64,000 nucleotides of DNA from the human T2T-CHM13v2.0 reference genome, Homo sapiens. The notes beneath the pieces are model-generated. The model was not told the origin of the DNA, did not search any database, and was given only the letters and a program-made list of their open reading frames with translations. The stretch lies in NCBI RefSeq assembly GCF_009914755.1, contig NC_060947.1; one strand, given 5' to 3'. Both the position numbers and the translations under genes were made by a program. Of this stretch, positions 23,907 to 41,990 are shown one piece after another (the first letter of the stretch is position 1; each line of letters begins with the position of its first letter).

Positions 23907-24830
23907 TGGCCGGGCACGGTGGCCCACGCCTGTAATCCCAGCACTTTGGGAGGCCAAGCAGGTGGATCACGTGAGGTCAGGAGTTCAAGACCAGCCTGAC
24001 CAATACGGTGCAACCTTGTCTCTACTAAAAATACAAAATTAGCTGGGCGTGGTGGCAGGCGCCTGTAGTCCCAGCTACTCAGGAGGCTGAGACAGGAAAA
24101 ATGCTTGAATCCGGAAGGCAGAAGTTGCAGTGAGCTGAGATTAGCCTGGGCAACATTGTGAGACTCCGTTTCAAAAAAAAGAAAAATGTACAATGAAATT
24201 CAGAATTCCATGCAAGCTCTTCTGCCATTCTGGTGACCCACACTTTGAGGCTCTTGTATCGAGGCATTGTTTATTATGTGGATTCAAGTGCAGAAAAGGA
24301 AGGGGCGTCTGACCACCTGGAGAACAGAGGGAAGGGCTGTGGCTGTTTTGGAACTGTATTGGTTTCCTGGGGCTGCCATAACACAGTGCCACAAACTGGG
24401 GGGCTTACAACACAGAAATCTATTCTCTCACAGGTCCAGAAGCTAGTAGTATGAAATCAAGGTGTTGGCAGGGCCGTACTCCCTCTGAAGCTTGTAGAGG
24501 AGGATCCTTCCTTGCTTCTTCCAGTTTCTGATAGCCCCGAGCATTCCTTGACTTGTGGCTGCACAACTCCACTCTCTGACTCCATCTTCACATGGCCGCC
24601 TCCTCTGTGTGTCTGTGTGTGTCTTCACATGGCATTCTCCTTTATCTGTGTCTGTGTCCAAATTTACCTGTTGTAAGGACACAAGTCATATCAGGCTAGG
24701 GCTGACCCTTATGATCTTATCTTAACTGGATTACATCTGCAAAAACCCTATTTCCAAATATGGTCAAATTCACAGGTACTGGAGGTTAGGACTTCAACAT
24801 TACATTTGTAGGAACGTGGTTCATTTCATA
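23907..24830. mobile_element. Alu (23907-24180 +) and MLT1 solo LTR (~24355-24830)
   Basis: Alu consensus; tgtattggtttcctggggctgccataac...gattacatctgcaaaaaccctatttccaaat. Confidence 0.85.
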
Positions 24831-25708
24831 ATGGGACCTTATCTGAAATCCAACCCACTTGAGAACACAAAGTGGAGTGCTATTCTCTGTAACACGTAGC
24901 CCAGCACAGCATAACTCTCTTTGTTTCTCCTGCTCACTCTGGTTTTGGTTGGCTTGACAACATGTGAGGAAGGAAAATGAGACAGGCAGAACATGTTCAG
25001 CCCCCTTGAAATAGACTTAGGACATAATTTTCAAGTGATCACAAGCTATTCATGTAACCATTACATAGAGGACAATAATAGAGAGCAAGCACAGTCTGCA
25101 GAGCTCTCGCCCCTGCATTCCCTCATATAATTCTAATAATTACTTTATGATATAAATATATCTGTCGCCATTTGGCAGATGGGGAGCATGAGACCCAGAG
25201 AGATGAAGTGATTCCCGCAGGTCACACAGCTACAAATGTAGTAAATTCCATATGGGGCAGGATCAGGTCTGTTATGCATAGAGCCTAGCCCCATGTTAGG
25301 CATTCAGTAAGTGTTTTTTGGCTGAATGAGTGAATCTGGGACTCCAGCTCTGGTCTTCATTTCCTGATCCATTACTCTTTCCATTGGACCTCACAAATGA
25401 CTACTGACTGAGGTATGGTCCCAAGACAGTGATTAGGTATGGATGTAACAGGGTCAATTTCAGATTCTTATGTTAGAATTGATAACCTTCTGAATTCTGT
25501 GGCAATAAGCATGTCAGTCTGTAATTGCTTCTTGTTCCTACTTCACATCTGCAATAGATCAAGAAGCGATTTTGTCAAGATACTTAAACCATTGGCTTCT
25601 AATTTTACTTGAGCTGCATAACTGGTGTCTAAAATTATGTTTGCACTAAAGGCAGGACTTAGCACATGAGTTTTGCTATAACACTGTATCAAGGAAGTAA
25701 AGAATTCA

Positions 25709-27631
<1,923 letters not shown>

Positions 27632-28652
27632 TTAACTCTTTAGATTCACAGGAAGTTGCCCTTCAGCTAGTATCCCCCAATGATTACATCTCACATAATT
27701 ATAGTACAATATAAAGGCCAGAAAATTTGACATAGGTACAATGTGTGTTGGGGGGTTCTATGCCATTTTTGTTTGGTTGGTTTTTGTTTTGCACTAACGG
27801 TTCCTTCTATATGCCATTTTATTACATGTATGTATTCGTGGCACCACCATTGCACTCAAGATGCAAAACACTTCCATCACCACAAAGATCTCTCCCATGT
27901 ACTCCTTTATAGTCACACGCCTGCCCCCCACCATCCCTAACCTCTGATAACCATTGATTTGTTCTCTATCTCTATGATTTTGTACTTTAAAAGGTACAGT
28001 TTCTTTAAGAAAATAGATTGGCACCTCTAGTTTTCACATAATCTCAGGCTTGAAGAAGTGGCTTCTCCAGCCCAGACTTGTGTCCCATACCCAAATTCCC
28101 TCCACAATATCCCTGCCAAGTGTCCATCCAGACCCTACCACGTGCAAACCAGAACCTCCTCTGGGATTTTAGGAGTAATGAAGAATTTGATATAAACATT
28201 TAGAGCAAGGACATTGTTTCCTTCCATAAACCCATTCCATAATTAGCGAAATTCTTACCTTTAGATTAACTACTACAAAATGGTTTCTCACGTGCTGATT
28301 TCCCCATTACACACTGTTCTGTCCCAAACAAGCATCTACTTTTTCTGTTCCTTTTACCTAATGAGAGGGATGAGGTTCAAGAAGTCTGGAAGGCTCACAG
28401 AAAATTCCAGAAATCCCCTCCTAATTACAGACTAAATAGCCTGGCCTCTAGCAGTAGGCACCCTTCAAATAAATGTGGTTCATGTGTGGAGTTTCATTCC
28501 CAGGCTGATTATGAATGTGTTATCTAAATGATATCTATACTTATTGATCCATGAGATCATTTGAACTGGACCCCAACTCCCCAGCACTCTTTTGTGGTTA
28601 GGAGAGCTATACTGGACACTCTATTGCCCATCGCAACAACATCAGAAAGTAC

Positions 28653-29072
28653 TGTCAACAAATATAAAGCCAATCCCTCAAGATGGATCCCAAGTGACTA
28701 AATTTTTAATGGAATCAAGTAGCCATCTGCTGACTAGAGGTCAGAAAACCCATACTTCTGTTTAACTTTGGGACTTTCAGAGCTCCCCTGAAGCAACCAA
28801 TCAGAGCTCACCTGTAGCAACCAGTCGGGGCTCATCTGTATCAGCTAATCAGATCTCAGCTGTGTTGACAAATGAGAACTAATCAAATTTGAATCCTTCA
28901 TTTGCATAAAAGGAACCTGATTGAGAACCTGAACAGGAAGTTTTGCTATAAAACCTGGACCATCCCTTTATTAGAAGGCTGTGTTTCCTCTCCACCCTCT
29001 GCCCCCCACCAGTTTATTCACTGGAATAAAGTCTCTTCTTCCAAATTCCTTATGACAGAACTTTTGTTCACA
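28653..29072 (+). mobile_element. ERV1-class solo LTR (MER67-like)
   Basis: TG...CA termini, gtac/gtaa flanks, CCAAT-like repeats, octamer, TATAAAA 28947, AATAAA 29025. Family name is from recall. Confidence 0.7.
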
Positions 29073-29325
29073 GTAATGACTCAAAGTCATGTTAAGACTG
29101 TAAGAGGCTAGCAGAAGTGAAGCCATGGTGATGCCACAGGTAGGATCAATTTGGATCCCCCACCCCCTCTCCCCTGGCCTCTTGACATCTTTTCACTTTG
29201 CACAAACTTCACTTGTTCTTCACTTCAGGAGGAGCACCGTAGTCTCCTCAGCTGCATAGCAGCCCATACACAAAGCCAGGCTCAGATCCATTAGGATGTG
29301 GTGCTCTTTGGAAGAAGTGACTTCA

Positions 29326-29634
<309 letters not shown>

Positions 29635-31659
29635 TCAAACTAATGACTCCCTTCACAGTCAGCCCCAGAGGCAGTGATCAGGGCAGGCATCTGCCTTTGA
29701 TCCAGGAGACACTGCAGCCCAGGAAACAAGGCCCCAGTTCCCTACTTTTTGAGTAGAGACCACTGCTTTCCAGAATACTCCTCACTTCCCCTTAGGTGAG
29801 GAGAAGATGAGCAGTGAGGGAGGGAAGGGGAGGATGAAGCTGGCTCTGTGCCCCACTCCAAGGGCCACGGGTTTGGGTCTACGCCACAGCCCACAACCAA
29901 GGGCCATCATAAGCACAATGAGTGCAGCTTCTTATGTCTCAAGTTTTCTGCCCCATCAAATAACCCACCAGGTGTAATTTTGTAATTTCCAAAGAGAAAA
30001 GGTATTTTCAACTAATTTAGTAAACCTGACATGTTCTCAGTTGCCTTGGTTTTTGTAGGAGGTCATTTTTGTGGCTACTGTCGCGCTGTCTTTTTCTTCA
30101 ACTTATGGGAAGTGGAAAGAATGCAGGGCTGGCACGTGATCTGCATGCTGGTCTTGGCTCTGCATCTTACTCACTGGGAGGCCTTTTTTCAGAGGGCAAG
30201 TAACTTCAACTTCAGAGTCTCAGTTTTCTCAGCTGTAAAAGAGAGATAAATAATAACTGCCCTTCCAATCTTACAATGGTGATCATTGAAATAAAATTAT
30301 GGCTTAGAAAAGTCTCGTGAAGCTTTGGAGGGAAAATACAGTGATTAATACATTATCAAAATACAGTACTAATAGTACCCTATTTTAAAATGTTCTTCAG
30401 TGTTTAGAAAAACATTCTTAGAATAACTCTTAAGGTCTTATCTATTTACCCTATATGTTTTTTGGTTTTGTTTTTGCTTATGTTGACTCTATTAATATTG
30501 TTCATTACATTTTTTAGTATGAGGGCAAGGTTGGCCATGAAATATTAAATTCATTAGAATGTGGGATAAAATGACCCAAATGGTTATTTACATGGCAGGG
30601 GAGATACACTAAGAATTTGATCTCATGTATAAAGACAATTAGCTTTGTTGAGCCAGTAGGTTTACTACTTTTCCATAGTATATTACTGTTTCACAACAGC
30701 ATATTATGTCCAGGTCATTTGGTTATAAAGTAGAAAGTCAATCATAACCCCATGGAGTCCTATCATCAGGCCAGTTTGTGAACCTCTTCACCTGGTCTTT
30801 TTGATTATGAGAGCAGATTGCCCTGAACTGGATCCCTGGAGCTTTGAGCTAAGAACTTCATCAGATTCCTGCTAGAGGCTAATTAATCATCAAATCAGCT
30901 CATTGCAAAACCAAGTAGCCATGCTGATCCATTAATGCAAGTCCCCAGAGTCATTAGGGCAGCGAAAGAGAAGGAAATGGCCTAATCTCCTCCCAGGATT
31001 AGAAGGGAGAAGTTCCTGAGATCTAATGAGTTCCTGCTAAACTGGGAGTTGTGCTCCAAGAATTATGCTTTTTCTACCTTTTCCAGTAATATTCCTTTCA
31101 AAAAGCTACCCAGAAACAAAAGCGCCTGTTGTATTGCCCTGCAGTGCTCAAGCATTTAAGTTTCTCTTCTTGGTGTAAGCAATTCAACACTCATGCAGAG
31201 CTACAGGCTAAGGTCACTCAGTGGGTTAGAAAGAGAAATAGCAATCAACTACCTGCCCTTTCTGCCTACATGAAGTCAGACTGATCTGACTGATTTTTTA
31301 AAATGCCTTTACCAGTTATGTGGGACTATAGCAAATCTTCTCTTTGTTCTGGAAGAGCATGTGGTTTGCAATTTGGTTCCTATTTGGGTTAACAGTCACT
31401 GACAAGAGAGAAGAACTTTGATAATTGCTCTAGGTTTTTTTCTGATTGCTCTGAAATATTTAGCTGTCCAACATGACACCATAATAACTGGCTGAAATGT
31501 GAAAAGCCTTCTAGTGGAGCAAGTAGCATGCAAGTAGCTTGCATGGTAGCAGTTTGGTTTTCTGCTGTTGTTGCTGAGATGACTGGTTGTTTTGGTGTTA
31601 TGTATACACATACCATCCTGGTTTCTTTTTTTCACTGAGTTGCCCTAAAAGTAAGCTCC

Positions 31660-32313
<654 letters not shown>

Positions 32314-32526
32314 CCACGAACTCTCTGAGAGGAAGCATGCTATAAATCATAGACTCTGAAGCCAGACTGACCTAAGTTTATTAGCTGTGGGATCTTGGAA
32401 AAGCCAAATAACATCTCTGCACTGTACTTATCTCATTTTGTAAATCTGACATGATGATATCTGCCTTGTGGTCTTGTTGCAAGATTGTTAGGAGGCTGTT
32501 TAGAGCCTACTCTGTGCCAGGCAGTC

Positions 32527-32692
32527 AGTACTTCCTAACTTTCAATACACAGACAGAGCACCTGGGGAATCTTGTTAAACTGCACACCCTGGTTCAGTCA
32601 GTCGTGGGTGGAGCCTGAGGCTCTCCATGGCCAGTAAGCTCCCAGGTAAGCCCATGCTGCTGGGCCACGGACCACACATGGAATAGCAAGGG
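32527..32692. mobile_element. MER5-like hAT element inserted in a MIR
   Basis: cacctggggaatcttgttaaa...ctcccaggt...gctgctgggccacggaccacac; MIR on both sides. Confidence 0.7.
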
Positions 32693-32774
32693 TCTAGATA
32701 TCATTTGCAAAGTGCCTAACACAGCTAATGCTCAATACTAATGCCTGTTTACCCTGGAATAATTCAATCACTCA

Positions 32775-34155
<1,381 letters not shown>

Positions 34156-35823
34156 AATCCATTCCTAACCGTGCCTCCTGTGACTTATGATTGTGCAAAA
34201 GTAATTTACTGTGGGATTTCATCTGTGTGTATGCGTGCGCGCCTGTGCCACATTTACATTCTGCTTTCTATTCCAGGGGTTGGCAGTTCTCTTAACATAA
34301 TCACACCTCACACTTCGTTTTGTCAAGACAGATTTCGCATTGTTTTCTCTACCCTGGTGGACTAAAAAATCTGTCTGTATTCTTATGAAATAATTTCATT
34401 TATTCTTTTCACTTTATCAAATCAAGCCTTTCCCCCACCTACCTGGATCACATTCTGAATTGTCTAGCTTATGTGTTTGTTAAGTCAGTGATTCACAAAG
34501 CAATCACCCAGCTAATTGGCAAACGTATTTAGTGAGCTGGACATTCCTCACCATCATCTTCTTTGAACTGGACCCAGTTTCTATTAGGCGCTGAAGCTAA
34601 CATAGCCCATGGCAGGTGTCACTTTGATCTTGTTGACTATCTTTTGATTAACTAAGTGATGGGCAAATCACAGAAAACCTAAATGAACAAAATAAACAGC
34701 CAGCTTGCATTTTTGTTCTCTTGGTCATATAAAGCCTCTCCAAACCAGTGTCAATTTATTCCTCCTTTTTCTGCCCATGGCTTACTTAAAGGGTCTTTGA
34801 TGTGGTAACTGGACAGGCCTCTCTTAGGTGGTCAACTCTTTGTTATTCTGTTTGGTATTTAATCCCGGAGACTAATGTTCTGCTCTGGTATGTTGTTTAT
34901 CACTTCCAGATTATAGGTGTAGCAAATACTTTCCTAATGAAATAATCACTAACTTGACATTCTGCTTCTAGGATAATGCAGCTAGGCTGGCTGGGCCCCT
35001 CCATTTGAATCTTCTAAGATAGCTCTATGGTCCCAGTTCCTCCCACCCCCTAACTTCCTTTAGGTCTAAATTGTTCCTTTTAGGCATGCTTTCTCTAAAT
35101 GGCAGGGTTTTAGGTACCACTTGAAATCTTCAATCTCTTTCATAATAGTCAAGTTTTGAAACCTTAGCGTCTATTTCCGTGTGTGTGTGGAAACCCTGTA
35201 GATATCACCTCTGCAGCTGCTATAGTCCTTCAACTTACTCGTTCAGTGAATGAAAATACCTGGGAGACACTCGTTTCCAGAATCTTTTCTAGAAACTTAA
35301 AACTTCACATGCCGACTTTGTACAACTCCTTTTGAAATGAACTCGGGTGGCAGAACTGTGCTGGCCTAACGATTTCGAGGTGGCAGAAACACCCGCAGTG
35401 ACAGATAATTGCAACTATTGCCATGTCTCTTGCTGTGTTTCCTGTTTGCTAGCTGCCTTCAGGATGAATCATATTTGTTTTCACGAATTACTTCTTTACC
35501 TCCTCTCTGACTAAATTTTGTGATACCTGTGGCCCCTTCGCTAGCTTAGTTCTTTCCTCATGAGCCTGTGTTCATCCCCATGAGTCATGGCAGTAAAGTT
35601 TTCTTCACAGCAGACAGGAAATAATGGAATACACAACAGCCTCATCTCCCTAGACATTATTTCAAAACAAATCTCACCTTGTGGCACATCCTTGCCTCTT
35701 CTTGTGAATCCAATTCCTCTCTGTATGTGAATTAAACTCACCCTTCCAGAGCCAGCTCAAACCCCAGGTCTCTGACTACTCATGATACTATTATTGTTTC
35801 TATAGAAAAGAAATAAGAATATA

Positions 35824-36188
35824 CAGGTTGAGCGCCCCTAATCCAAAACTCCAAAGTCTGAAATGCTCCAAACTGAAACTTCTGGAGTGCTGACATGATG
35901 CCCCAAGTGGAAAATTCCACACCTGACCTCATGTGATGGGTCACAGTCAAAAGGCAGGTGCACAACAGTTTATTCAATGTCCCCAAGGGAAAAATAAAAT
36001 TACCTGCTATGTGTATAAGGTATGCATGAAACAAATTTCATGTTTAGAGATGGGGTCCTATCCCCAAGCTATCTCATTATGTATATGCAAGTATCCCCAA
36101 ATCTGAAAAAATTCCCAAATCCTAAACACTTCTGGTCTCAAGCATTTTGGATGAGGGATACATTTTGGATAAGGGATACTCAACTTGT
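35824..36188. mobile_element. Tigger4/Zombi-like DNA transposon
   Basis: TA-flanked TIRs caggttgag.. / ..gatactcaacttg; imperfect 18-bp tandem duplication attttggat(g/a)agggatac. Confidence 0.82.
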
Positions 36189-36216
36189 ATATGTTTTGCA
36201 TAAAGAAACAGAAGTA

Positions 36217-36406
36217 GCCTGGCCAACATGGCAAAACCCTGTCTCTACTAAAAATACAAAAATTAGCCAGGTGTGGTGGTGCAAATCTGTAATCCCACCT
36301 ACTCAGGAGGCTGAGGTTGCAGTGAGCCGAGATTGCGCCACTGAACTCCAGCCTGGGTGACAGAGAGAGACCCTGTCTCAAACACACACACACACACACA
36401 CACACG
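36217..36406 (+). mobile_element. Truncated, internally deleted Alu with (CA)n tail
   Basis: gaggctgagg|ttgcagtgag junction; CA repeat ~36383-36405. Confidence 0.88.
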
Positions 36407-36699
36407 TATATTTAAACTAATAAAAGTGGTCACTTGTAAGGGGCTGGGTGCACCGGGAGGGTGAGGAGTGATTTTTCACTTTATATCTATAGTTTTCTAC
36501 TTTTGAAACATATGATTGTTACCTATTCAAGAAGTTAAATTACAAAGTGAATTAAATCCCTTGGTAAATCAAGCTGATATATTTCACTGTTTCTATTTTT
36601 CCTATGTCAGTCACAGAAATATGAGACAACTTTAGGAAATAGGAGAGCTAAAACCTTAAGTTCCTCAAAGATAAGTCAAATAAAATGTTTAAATCAATG

Positions 36700-38234
36700 T
36701 GAAGCTCAGGTCTCCATTTCTGTTTATTTTTTAAAGTAATTTCTGTTCTTTACAATGTGTTATTACACACACACATGTGCACTTGCACACACGTGCACAC
36801 ACAGGACTTGAGATGGAGAAACAAGAATAGCCTCCACACATCATTTTTACAAAGTTCAAAGTAGATTACATTTATGTGCTTTTCATTCATTACACAATGT
36901 ACAGACATGATCCGTTTAATGACTTAGGCTCCTCACATGGTTAAACAGTGAGGATTTCCTATGGAAGACTAGACATAGAAGTTTTTAGAAGCAGAGACTG
37001 TTTTCTGCAAAAACCAACCTCAGGCATACATTTGTGTTTACATATATTCCTTGAGAATACTACAGTAGCAGTGCATAAGTTCATTCTGTAAAAAGATCTG
37101 AAAGATGATTTTCAAGAGACTCAATACATTGTGCTTTCAGGTAAAAATCCTTAGACAAAAGATCAGTTACTATGAAAATAACAGTTAAAACTGCATATGT
37201 GTTAGAGATCAGAAGAGGCTATAAAGAAATGTAAATAGTTGTGCTTAGGGGACTTTTTTGGCAAAGTTGTCTTAATAATAAATAAAAACTTAAAAAAAAG
37301 TCTCAGTGACTGATATAAAATAGACATAGCTATCAAGAGTTTCTTACACTTGGCTTAGAGTTTAAAGGTGAAAAATCATCTCCACATAAATCACCTGGTA
37401 TCTGGTAATCCCAGTCTGGGTAAGTCAGGCAGGGAGGGGCTTGGAAGAAAAGATAAAGTGATTTTTCCTTCCTATTAACACAAAGCATTAACCAGAGGTA
37501 AAGCCAGGGTGAACCAACTAATTAAACAGATGCCTACCTTCCTTTAGAACTCTTAGACCAAAGAGAGAGGTCACCCTACTTCTATTAGGTTTTTTAAAAA
37601 AAAACCCCTATGATTCTTGGTGTCTGGACCACAACCTGTTCTGTAATTCACAAGATTAATTAAATATGTCCTCTCTTCTGTGAGACCCTAGGATAAGCAT
37701 GATCCCTTAGTACTTTATGCTTTGTTTGCCCTCTACACATTAATGGTAAAACACTTATTTTTAGAAACACCATGGCAACCATTTATAATGATAGAGGGCA
37801 AGGTATAATTAACATAATAACGCTGATGTTTGTAGCTAGGGAATAAATGTCATTTTAGTTTTAGGCCGGTCAGTTTGCTCTTTTAGTCCTGTAACTTCGA
37901 AGCATACATGACCCCTAGCAATCAAAGTGAATTAGAAAAAAAGGTGAGAAAATAACCAATGTTTTAAAGTTTCTTACACAACAGGTGTAGATATAAAAAG
38001 AATTTCTTCAAATAATTTCCTAGGTGTCACTCAGAAGCATCCTTGCTGTCTGTAAAATAATGTTCTGCAGTCCTTCAAATTAAATTATAATTTAAAATAT
38101 ATATTATACATTTGCAATTATTTGAAATCATTCAATAGTTTGTTGCATGTTAATGGAGTGAAATAGAGATAAAAGGCAGTCCACATTCATATTTTCAAGA
38201 CAGATTTACTTCAGAAGTCAATTGAAATCCTTGC
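36700..38234 (-). other. MOSPD1: MOSPD1 3' UTR (~1.5 kb)
   Basis: Repeat-free AT-rich stretch from the stop codon to an AATAAA on the minus strand. Confidence 0.75.
36723..36728 (-). terminator. Polyadenylation signal AATAAA of MOSPD1
   Basis: tttatt on +; upstream UGUA motifs (taca at 36751 and 36764) and a U-rich stretch downstream on the minus strand. Confidence 0.7.
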
Positions 38235-38266
38235 TCATGTTCTAAGTATGGCCATTGTGATAAGAC
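38235..38266 (-). CDS. MOSPD1: MOSPD1 last coding exon segment
   Basis: ttcttctttcag|GT CTT ATC ACA ATG GCC ATA CTT AGA ACA TGA = (G)LITMAILRT*. Total CDS 154+76+218+162+32 = 642 nt. Confidence 0.96.
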
Positions 38267-38864
38267 CTGAAAGAAGAAAAATGGAGAACAGTTAAAGGTA
38301 TGCACCTAACAGAATCTTTCATTCAATAAGCAATTGTTTGGACCTCAATGAACAAATACAACATAGCACATAGGCAGGCACTCTACCAAGAACCCAAAGT
38401 CAATTTGAATTTTGTTGATATCATAAAGAAGAAATCCAATTTATAGCAATGGGCAGTCACTGGAGAGATTTAATTAAATCACTAATGTCTGGCCATAGCA
38501 AATCTATCTATCAAACATACCTCCTACTTTATCCAGTCACATCAAACATAATAATAGCAGATGTGCCATTTTGAAGCATGGGTAAAGCCAGTGGACTTTG
38601 TTAACAGAAGCACAAAGAGTCTACCTGTATCCCAGGGCCCTAGGGCCACAAAGAGACAGAAGTATGGCATTCCTACTTTGCTTCTCTCTTTTGAAGAGAG
38701 AATATATAAAATATAAAATAGTAAGAATATGCTCAGTCCTAAATGAAGGATGATGAAAGTGTGATAAAAAAAAAAAGTACAGAGAAGGAGGATAATCACA
38801 TGGGACTGGAGCAGTCAGAAAAGTTGCCCCCAATGATAAAAAGCTGCTTTAAAAGATGGACAGG

Positions 38865-39947
<1,083 letters not shown>

Positions 39948-40521
39948 CTAAGCAAAGGTGAGAGGAGAACATGAGGAAAGTCATTCATCACCAGAACACT
40001 AATCCTCGACACATGGAAGGTACGGAATAAATATTTGTTCAATTGAAACAATTAACTCTAAGATTTCAAGCCAGGATGACTGAAATAGTGAATCAACAGG
40101 AAATAAGGGAATTAGTTTAAAGAGAAAGGTTCTGAACATGGTGGCTTCAAAAGTAAAGAAAAAATAATAATAAAAGAGAAACGTTCACAATATTAAACAA
40201 GGCTGCACTGTTCATCTTTATCACTGTATGTACTTTGTCTGTTTCCCTAGGAGCAATTCCTAAAAGTAGAAATGCTGTATCATGGAATGCATGCGTCTTA
40301 CATTTTATACATGTTTTATGCCATTGTAAGTCAGCAAAAGGAAAATAATTGAATATAGTATCAGGTACTAGATAAATAAGCTAAAAAGAACTAAATGTGA
40401 GTTAAAAAAGTCTTCAAAGGCACCTGACCTCAATATGCTCTTGAAGCATTTCTTTACCTGTTCTTTGGGAAAAAAAAAAAAAATCAAACCACCACCACCC
40501 TACCACACACATAAAGCCCTA

Positions 40522-40776
<255 letters not shown>

Positions 40777-41379
40777 TCACAAACACTGGCCGCCACAGAC
40801 CAGTATTCTGATTTTGTCTAACTTCTCCAATTGTTTCCCCATCATTTTTTCCATCTGAGAGTTAACTGCTGGGCTGATGTGGAAGCCCATGTCTTAACTG
40901 GTCTGAATCATTGCAGGATGGAATGCTGACGTGGCATTGTGAGGTAGTGAGTTCTTACTGAAAGGTGGTCACCAACTCCCCCGACCATCCCACCCTAGTC
41001 AGTAGAAAGTATTCAAGCATGTATCATCGATGTATGCACATTTTAAAATTATATGCACAAGTTCTGTACTGTGTTATGCTTAATATAAAACATACAAATA
41101 GATTTTTGGAAGAATGTGCTAAAAATAAATATAAATTGAAGTTCTGATACTTTCTTCCAGTACCCCAGTGGCTTGCCTGTGTATATTCAATTTGAGCCTG
41201 CCACACTAGACCTCCACTACCTTTATGAGAATATTTTAAGGAGCTCCCCAGATAGGTTTGATCCTAATAACTGCACATCCCGCTATCAATTTTGAAAATG
41301 TTAAGGAACCAAAAGTGTTTCCCTCTGCTCTAACCCATTTATAGTAAAGAAGAAAACAGCAGAAACAGTATCTGGCAAA

Positions 41380-41990
<611 letters not shown>

